From: an uncultured Candidatus Poseidoniales archaeon
GTDB taxonomy: Archaea; Thermoplasmatota; Poseidoniia; Poseidoniales; Thalassarchaeaceae
Length of the DNA stretch: 11,537 nt
Direction of reading: 5' to 3'
Assembly: GCA_964645485.1 (NCBI GenBank)
Contig: CAZXZO010000012.1
Location: 39,509 to 51,045 of the forward strand
The notes under the pieces are model-generated. The model did not search any database, was not told the origin of the DNA, and was given only the letters and a program-made list of their open reading frames with translations. Numbering within the stretch: position 1 is the first letter of the stretch; each line of letters starts with the position of its first letter. Positions 1 through 6,700 of the stretch are shown piece by piece. The position numbers were made by a program, and so were the translations under genes.

Positions 1-74
1 ACTCCATCTTGTTGAAGGATTTCAGTGAGTTCCTCAACTCGGTCTTTCTTCCAACTAATTACTTTTGGAATCAT
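1..74 (-). CDS. rpl10: 50S ribosomal protein L10 (uL10/P0), 5' fragment running off the left edge
   Basis: Manual translation from ATG at 74-72 gives MIPKVISWKKDRVEELTEILQQDG, matching the archaeal P0 N-terminal pattern (WKxxxVEEL). The ATG overlaps the rpl1 stop (TGATG). SD GGAGGTG lies at 89-83. Position after rpl1 is the expected one. Confidence 0.85.
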   Translation of the reverse strand, partial: MIPKVISWKKDRVEELTEILQQDG

Positions 75-718
75 CAGACCAGCACCTCCACTTTGATAGC
101 AGGGCCCATGCTTGTCTTGATGTAAAGTGAACGAATATTGTCTGCGCCACGTTCTAACTTTGATGTGACTCGCTTCCACATTTCAAATGCGTTTTCAGAG
201 ATGTGTACTTCAGTTTGGCTTCTTGCCCCTACAACTGTGTGGAATGTGATTTTATCTCGACTACGAATAATTGCAGTGCTACCAAGACCATCTGCGATCA
301 TGCCAGGGTCAACATTAGGAGGTACAGGGCGGGGCATCTTACCACGAGGACCTAGAACGATACCAAGGAATCTACCTATTGTTGCCATATGTGGGACTTC
401 AGATAAGAAAAAGTCGTGCTTTCGTGCCAACTTTCGTGCTTTTTGCCGGTCTCCACCTAAATCCTCAATTTTGTTTGGGTCGATGACAACAATTCCTGCA
501 GCCTTTGCTTTGGTCGCCATTTCACCCTCAGCAAACATAGCAACGCTGATTTTTTTACCGCGGCCATGTGGGAGGCGGACATTTTCTTCAATTCTGTTTG
601 TTGGATTTTTTAAATCGACATCTTTGATGGTAAATGCCATCTCAATGCTCTCAACGAACTTTCTTTCTGGCGCTTCTCCAAGCGCTTTTCTTACTGCTTC
701 GGTAATTTGTTCTTCCAT
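74..718 (-). CDS. rpl1: 50S ribosomal protein L1
   Basis: 214 aa with typical L1 motifs (RKFVESIE, VDLKNP, LPHGRG, LGPRGKMP, KTSMGP). SD GGGGTGA at 731-725. Expected position between rpl11 and rpl10. Confidence 0.97.
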   Translation of the reverse strand: MEEQITEAVRKALGEAPERKFVESIEMAFTIKDVDLKNPTNRIEENVRLPHGRGKKISVAMFAEGEMATKAKAAGIVVIDPNKIEDLGGDRQKARKLARKHDFFLSEVPHMATIGRFLGIVLGPRGKMPRPVPPNVDPGMIADGLGSTAIIRSRDKITFHTVVGARSQTEVHISENAFEMWKRVTSKLERGADNIRSLYIKTSMGPAIKVEVLV

Positions 719-731
719 TTTTTCTCACCCC

Positions 732-760
732 TGCGGTCAGCGAGGTTTCCCTCTACCGCA
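732..760 (-). promoter_or_regulatory. Stem-loop with GAAA tetraloop (k-turn-like) between rpl11 and rpl1
   Basis: mRNA strand reads UGCGGU-A-GAGG-GAAA-CCUC-GCUG-ACCGCA. It has a 6-bp outer stem, a 4-bp inner stem and a GNRA loop, and ends one base before the rpl1 SD. The structure is read from sequence; the function is inferred. Confidence 0.55.
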
Positions 761-769
761 ACCCGTGTT

Positions 770-1075
770 TCAATTGAATTTGTCGTCATGATCTCCTGCT
801 TTCACCTGTTTAATGAATTCTTTTGGCACGATGCCTTCGATATGACAGCGCATAGATACACATGTTCCCATGACTTCTAATGAGCGTTGCTTGACACCTT
901 TACCAGACAAATCATCCGCTTTCTCTTTTGAGATAGTAATGATTTGGTCGAGTGTAATATTGTGAACTGATGGGTCTGAACCAACATCGGTTTCTCCTTC
1001 CCAAGAGCCGTTGAATTTGATGCCCTTACCAATAACTGCTGTGCGTATGCGTCGTGCAGTCCAGTTATCTGACAT
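770..1075 (-). CDS. rpl11: Ribosomal protein L11, C-terminal rRNA-binding domain only (101 aa)
   Basis: NITLDQIITISKEK...EVMGTCVSM...IEG...KAGDHD matches the archaeal L11 C-terminal domain. Canonical position between spt5 and rpl1. SD GAGGTGA (1086-1080) lies 4 nt before the ATG. Confidence 0.85.
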   Translation of the reverse strand: MSDNWTARRIRTAVIGKGIKFNGSWEGETDVGSDPSVHNITLDQIITISKEKADDLSGKGVKQRSLEVMGTCVSMRCHIEGIVPKEFIKQVKAGDHDDKFN

Positions 1076-1117
1076 TGATTCACCTCATTGTTTGGGTTTC
1101 GGCCGACCTGCTTCCCC

Positions 1118-1124
1118 TATTTAA
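1118..1124 (-). promoter_or_regulatory. Candidate TATA box upstream of rpl11
   Basis: TTAAATA on the minus strand in the spt5-rpl11 spacer. It would put a start site near 1095, about 20 nt before the ATG. Confidence 0.45.
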
Positions 1125-1149
1125 CCGCCGCGAGAACCCTATTGGGTAC

Positions 1150-2067
1150 TCAGACAACACGCTCCGTTACATGCACGTTGTCAGCACGCATTGTGATAGG
1201 GATTGGAACTGCTGCTTCGAATAACTCTACAGTAACCTCTTCTTTTCCTTCTTCGACTCCAGTTACACGGGCGCGATTTCCTTTGAAATGCCCAACTCTG
1301 ATTTCAACAACACTACCAACTTCTATTCCAGCAGTTGCCGATTTCGGCTCGAGATAATTGGAAACAACTCCTAATGGTGCTTCGCCTGGAAGAACTTTGG
1401 AACAACCACGCATTGGTGTAGTTACACCACCAGCACGTCCAATCAACTTCTCAACGTGGTGCTTTGCACTTGCTTCAACAAAGATATATCCGCGCATGAG
1501 TCGAGGATGAATGACTGAGAAAACTTCGCCTTGAACATCTCTCAGAGAGCCAGTTCCAGAAATACGTGCATGTATTTCATTAGCGATTTTCTGTTCTTGA
1601 CCAATTGTTGTTTTGAGCATGTAGAGGAAACTCGAGACATCCCCATACATATCCCCAAGTTGGGAAACCGTTGGTCGGGTTTGAATAGCGGAGATATCGT
1701 CATCTGAATTATCCATCTCATCAGGGCTCAAAACATTGAGATAACCAGGGTCAACCCACATTGCTTCATCGTAAAGGGTACGTGGCTCTATTTCTGAGGT
1801 GTCACTAACAAACAGAATAGGAGTAACCTCGTTTAGTCGGTTACCAAATTCAATTCCACGTGCATCTCCCATTCGAACTAAGGTTAGAGAGGATGATTGA
1901 ATACCTGTGGAGTCTTCAATTCTCATGAACACATGGTCAAGATCATTATGGTCTCCAACCCCGTAAACTCCATCCCAGCAATTTGCGAAATCGGTGACTT
2001 CCTCGCCACGCTTCAGCAAAAGTAATTTGTCTTCATGTCGAATAAAAACGATGAACCCATCAGACAT
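1150..2067 (-). CDS. spt5: Transcription elongation factor Spt5 (NusG family, NGN+KOW) with fused N-terminal Nudix-like domain, 305 aa
   Basis: The C-terminal ~160 aa have Spt5 motifs (KTTIGQE, RGYIFVEA, GSVVEIRVGHFKG..ARV, VTVEL...VPIPIT). The start is better placed at ATG 2067 (MSDGF...), which has GGAGGT at 2079-2074 and avoids overlap with secE. The listed 2109 start lies inside secE. Confidence 0.93.
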   Translation of the reverse strand: MSDGFIVFIRHEDKLLLLKRGEEVTDFANCWDGVYGVGDHNDLDHVFMRIEDSTGIQSSSLTLVRMGDARGIEFGNRLNEVTPILFVSDTSEIEPRTLYDEAMWVDPGYLNVLSPDEMDNSDDDISAIQTRPTVSQLGDMYGDVSSFLYMLKTTIGQEQKIANEIHARISGTGSLRDVQGEVFSVIHPRLMRGYIFVEASAKHHVEKLIGRAGGVTTPMRGCSKVLPGEAPLGVVSNYLEPKSATAGIEVGSVVEIRVGHFKGNRARVTGVEEGKEEVTVELFEAAVPIPITMRADNVHVTERVV

Positions 2068-2093
2068 TTTGAAACCTCCAATTCTAAATTTGT

Positions 2094-2357
2094 TTAACCA
2101 ATAAGCCAACGGAAGAATTTGGGTAATTCAGTATCCATTAGCCATAACATGACAAAGCCGATGAATCCAAGTACAAACATACCGATTCCACAAACCCAGA
2201 TAGTTTGTCTGAATTCCATTTTACTTGGTTTACGAGCCATTCGAATAATTCGAGCCCACGAACCACGACCAAAACTGCGAACCCATGTCTCAAACTGGTC
2301 TTGTCGAGCTTGAACTCGGTCCTCAAAGGACTTACTTGTAGAGTCTTCACTAGCCAT
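2094..2357 (-). CDS. secE: Protein translocase subunit SecE (Sec61-gamma)
   Basis: 87 aa with an amphipathic helix, the ARKPSxxEF motif and one C-terminal TM helix (GIGMFVLGFIGFVMLWL). Expected position between ftsZ and spt5. Confidence 0.92.
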   Translation of the reverse strand: MASEDSTSKSFEDRVQARQDQFETWVRSFGRGSWARIIRMARKPSKMEFRQTIWVCGIGMFVLGFIGFVMLWLMDTELPKFFRWLIG

Positions 2358-2397
2358 GGTAAAACCCCTTTAGGGTTCATGCCGACATGGGAGTCCT

Positions 2398-2403
2398 CTT
2401 TAA
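2398..2403 (-). promoter_or_regulatory. Candidate TATA box upstream of secE
   Basis: TTAAAG on the minus strand in the ftsZ-secE spacer, about 40 nt before the ATG. It resembles the TTAA boxes before ftsZ and rpl11. Confidence 0.35.
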
Positions 2404-2418
2404 CATCAACGGGTCAAC

Positions 2419-3555
2419 TCAATTGATGAATTCAAGACTACGATTACGCATTGTACGCATTTGTTGATGTGCGGTAGCGCCAAAAATTTGCTGGCTTTTT
2501 ACTCCGGTTAGAACTAACAAAACACGCAACTCATTGCCCATAGTTTGGTCAACCGTTGCACCCCAAATAATTCTAGCATAGGGGTTAATTCTCTCCCGTA
2601 TTTCTTGAGCACAGCGTTCTGCTTCTCCCAGTGTTAGTGATGGGCCACCGACCACATTTACCAGAGCACCGCGAGCATCGGAGATGTCAATGTCAAGAAG
2701 TGGTGAGGATAGGGCTTCTGCAGTTGCATCGATTGCACGTTCGTTGCCTGTTGCTTCTCCTAGGCCAATCATTGCCATTCCACCGCCATTCAGCATCACA
2801 CTTCTCAAATCTTCAAAGTCGAGGTTAACAAGACCTTCTTTGGTAATCATTTCTGTGACCCCAGCAATTGAACGCATGAGCAATTCATCGGCAACTCGGA
2901 AGGCTGCTTCGATTGGCAAATCTTTGACACCTTCAACTTCTAACAATTTTTCATTAGGGAGTACCACAACTGTATCACAAACTTCTCGTAATCTCTCCAA
3001 TCCCCATTCAGCATTTTGTCGGCGTAGTGTGCCTTCTGAAACAAATGGGTATGTCACGACTGCAATAGTGAGGGCGCCTGCTGCCTTTGCTAGTCTTGCG
3101 ACTACGTGTGCCGAGCCAGTTCCTGTGCCACCGCCAAGTCCTGCTGTGACAAAAGCAAGGTCGCAATCATCAACAATATTGACAAGCGTACGTTCTGATT
3201 CATAAGCGGCTTTCTCACCTTTTTCAGGATCTCCGCCAGCACCTCTGCCGCGAGCAGTTCTGCCAATCAGAATTTTTTTGTTAAGTTGTGAGCGAAGTAG
3301 GTGCTGGGCATCTGTGTTTACAGCATATCCAGAGATATGGTCTCCGGCCAACAATCCTTCATCTTCTAGGCGCTGAACAGTGTTACAACCGCACCCTCCG
3401 CATCCAAAAACTCGAATTCGAGGTGCTAAACTTGCTAATAATTCTACTAATTCCTCATCGCCTTGATTAGACACACCCTTAGTCTCCTCTTCGTTTTCTG
3501 GCAAGGATTTTTCATCCTCTTGTAGTTCTAACACGCGGTCAATTAAATGGCGCAT
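2419..3555 (-). CDS. ftsZ: Cell division GTPase FtsZ (FtsZ1-type by gene context)
   Basis: 378 aa with the tubulin/FtsZ signature AGLGGGTGTG, plus VNTDAQHL, GRGAGGDPEKG and a T7 loop NLDFED. It has the acidic N-terminal extension typical of archaeal FtsZ and lies next to secE-spt5. Confidence 0.98.
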   Translation of the reverse strand: MRHLIDRVLELQEDEKSLPENEEETKGVSNQGDEELVELLASLAPRIRVFGCGGCGCNTVQRLEDEGLLAGDHISGYAVNTDAQHLLRSQLNKKILIGRTARGRGAGGDPEKGEKAAYESERTLVNIVDDCDLAFVTAGLGGGTGTGSAHVVARLAKAAGALTIAVVTYPFVSEGTLRRQNAEWGLERLREVCDTVVVLPNEKLLEVEGVKDLPIEAAFRVADELLMRSIAGVTEMITKEGLVNLDFEDLRSVMLNGGGMAMIGLGEATGNERAIDATAEALSSPLLDIDISDARGALVNVVGGPSLTLGEAERCAQEIRERINPYARIIWGATVDQTMGNELRVLLVLTGVKSQQIFGATAHQQMRTMRNRSLEFIN

Positions 3556-3577
3556 GAACCTAGCCTCGCTAAAGTCG

Positions 3578-3583
3578 CCTTAA
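3578..3583 (-). promoter_or_regulatory. Candidate TATA box for ftsZ (would give a leaderless or near-leaderless mRNA)
   Basis: TTAAGG on the minus strand, centred about 26 nt upstream of the ftsZ ATG, which is standard archaeal TATA-to-start spacing. Confidence 0.45.
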
Positions 3584-3717
3584 CCTTGACGCTCGGTTTG
3601 GGGTTGCTCAAGTGGGTTCGCGCACCCCTTCGGAATTGCCGAAAATAGAGAAAGTCCTCCCTTTAGGGAGGTCATTTAGCCCGAAGGTCAAAGTGTGAGG
3701 GCTTATGTCGGGGCTTG

Positions 3718-6700
3718 ATGAAGTCTAAGTCGCTACTTCTTGTAATTATTCTAATTGTCTCTTCACAGTCAATATTTTTCAGTTCTGAAATCCCAACAAT
3801 TGCTGAATTAGATGAGGGCGAACCGATGTCGCAATCAGTGGCCAGTCAATGGCAGATGACTGACGCACCAACCATCCAATCAGGTTGGTCAGCGAATACT
3901 TGGCAACCAGACCCGAAGGGCCCACTTTGGGACTTAGATTTCAGTCCTGATGCAACTAAGATTGCGGGAGTTGAAATTTCAGATAACAGACTCTTTGTTT
4001 GGAATATCTCTGACGGCAGAGTTTTACTTTGGATTCATCATTCGGCTGCGATTGTAGATGTTGTCTGGCTTTCTGATGAATGGGTGTTGGTTGCAGATTC
4101 TGGAACAAATTGGTATTCATATCATGTTGTGGACAATGGTTCTTCTACTCCTCATACATCTACCGCCATGCGTTCAGGTCAATGGAGTGATGGCTTAACT
4201 GGCACATATAACGGGTTTCTGTGGGGGCTTGATGCCTCATTGAATCATTCAAAGGTGGCATTTTGTGGTAACATCAACCAGATGAATATGGGTGGAGAAA
4301 TTGTCATTGCAGATTTAGCCCACTTCATTGATGGTTCACCACCCAATGTGCAACATTTCTTCCCGCAGTATTGGTCGGTAGATTGTGCAATTTCACCTAG
4401 TGGTTCAATGGTTGCTGCAATCGGTCGCAATTTAACGACGTATTCCGATGGTAATGTCACTTACCGAGATGTTGTATACGGTGTTGATGTTGCAACGGGT
4501 GGACTTCAATGGGAACGATTTGTTGGTGGTGATAATTCAAGTGCCTGGGCAGTAACTTGGGAACCGGGTGGAGGAAGTTACACCATAGCATACAATCACC
4601 CACTTCCAAGTCAACCAAATGTTTGGGAGGGTGTTGCAACCGCTTACGCTGAGGCTGATGGCTCGGTATTTTGGTATTCACCAATACCCCAAAATGTCAG
4701 TAGTCTTAGATGGCTTCCAGACGGATCTTACCTTGGAGTCGGATTATACGACCCCGGAAGGATTTCATTCATTGATACTGCAGGGCAAATTCAAACTGAT
4801 TTTGGATGGCATGCCGTAAAGTCAGGCTTATCTTCACTTCCAGAGGATATAACCGCGGTAACTACAGCTACGATTCCTGCTCAAACCACAGCAAATCAAT
4901 TGATGGCCTCCGCTGGTCGTGATGGTGCAATTGAGATTTGGAAAATTGATGTCACCACTTTTGAAATTCTCCCTTATAGGAGATTAGGCCCCGCCCATGT
5001 GAGAGAAATTGCTAGTCATCCAATTCTTGATTTAGTCGCTATAGCCGACTCATCAGGAGTGGTAACCGTGCGCGCCGAAAACGGTTCAATTGACCGTCAG
5101 TGTTTCCATCCCGAGTTTGGTATGGTGGTTTATGAAATTCCTTATGCTAAATCTGTTGACTGGATAAATGATGATGCGATAGTAGCGTTCAGTGATGGGG
5201 TAATTATTGCTTGTAATGAATTCAGTAAGTGGTCCTGGACTTTTGACTTAAGAGACCACAAAACGGTTGGTGCCTTTGGAAGAATTGCGATGCATCAAAC
5301 CAGCAATTATGCAGCAATATCTTGGTCATCTAATACTCTCAATACATCATTGGATGGGCACGTTGCAATAATTGAGCCAATGTCTGGACAATTTTTCAAC
5401 GAATGGCAGTACGCAGAATCTCATTGGACAATGGCATTCAATGATTTTGGAACAATCTTGGCGTCGGTAGGACAAACTGGGGATGTAAGATTGTGGAACA
5501 CTAGTGACCCAAATCCACAGAACTGGATGGATGATGGTTCACCTTACTCGCACAATGGATATGTTGGGGTTACGGAATGGATGCCCGGGGCTGACTTGTT
5601 AGTAACCGCAGGTTGGGATAAGCAACTAATCATGTGGGATGTTCAAAGCCAATCTCAAATGCAACAAATTACTTTGGGCCAAGAAGCGTTTGCATTCGCG
5701 GAATTACTTAATGAAGGTGAGATTGTTATCGCAACTGGTAACGCGCAAAATTCACTTTCAGGACAGTTGGAATTCTATGATATCCAAAATAGCACTTTAG
5801 TCAATACTTACCAGGTTAATCATATTCCTCGCGGTTTAGATGTATTACCTAGTGGCCAGGCTCTAGTTGTGGTGAATCATTCAGGAACTATGTTAGTTCT
5901 CAAGCAGGATGCAGATGGAGATGGGTGGATAGATGTTGATGATGATTTTCCAAATGACCCAACTCAACACCAGGATACTGATGGTGATGGCTGGGGGGAT
6001 GACCAAACTCAGCCCAATGGTGATGATTGTCTAAACACACAGGGGAGTAGTTACCAAGATAGAAATGGATGCCCTGATAGTGATGGAGATGGTTATAGTG
6101 ATGCAGACGCCACTTGGCTTGCTCACCCTCTTGGTGCCGCTGATGCGTTTCCAAACATGCCTACACAATGGCGTGATACTGATGGGGATGGTCACGGTGA
6201 TGAGTACTCCTTCACTGTGGATAACGATGGTCTACGGGTTGGCGAATCCGGTGATGCGTTCATCAATGATTCATCTCAATATCGCGATTTAGATGGGGAT
6301 GGATGTGGTGATAATTACACCTATGGTGATGACAATGGGATGCGAATAAATGAAGCCGGAGATGCATTCGTCTCAGACCCCACACAATGCAATGATTTTG
6401 ATGGTGATGGATATGGTGATAACTACACTTTCACATTAGATACAGGAGGTTTACGAGTTGAGGCAGGAGATGCCTTCCCAAGTGATAACATGGCGTGGTC
6501 TGACTTAGACGGAGATGGTTGCCCTACTAGTTCTGCAACCGGTCTTGCAATCGACCTATATCCTACAGATAGCGAAAATTGTGACGAAGAATTACCATTT
6601 TGGTTGCCGGTTAATTTAGCACTATTGATTTCAAATGATGCCTCATCATGGTACCTAGATATCTCATGGGATTCTGCTGCAGACAATACCGATATCATTC

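Noticed and set aside
138-791. 217-aa plus-strand ORF
   Set aside because: Antisense shadow of rpl1 with no recognisable motifs.
1076-1149. Frameshift, readthrough or split gene restoring the L11 N-terminal domain
   Set aside because: The spacer is only 74 nt, too short for about 65-70 codons, and no L11 N-terminal motif is visible nearby. The Spt5 extension looks Nudix-like, not L11-like.
2068-2109. N-terminal extension MAYWLNKFRIGGFK of the Spt5 ORF
   Set aside because: It overlaps secE, and ATG 2067 has a well-spaced GGAGGT SD.
2684-3205. 173-aa plus-strand ORF, and other short ORFs over ftsZ, secE, spt5 and rpl11
   Set aside because: All lie antisense or out of frame within well-supported core genes.
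5908-6525. DNA repeats (GATGGxGATGG) as a CRISPR or VNTR array
   Set aside because: The repeats are in-frame DxDGDG codons with synonymous variation and no constant repeat-spacer period.
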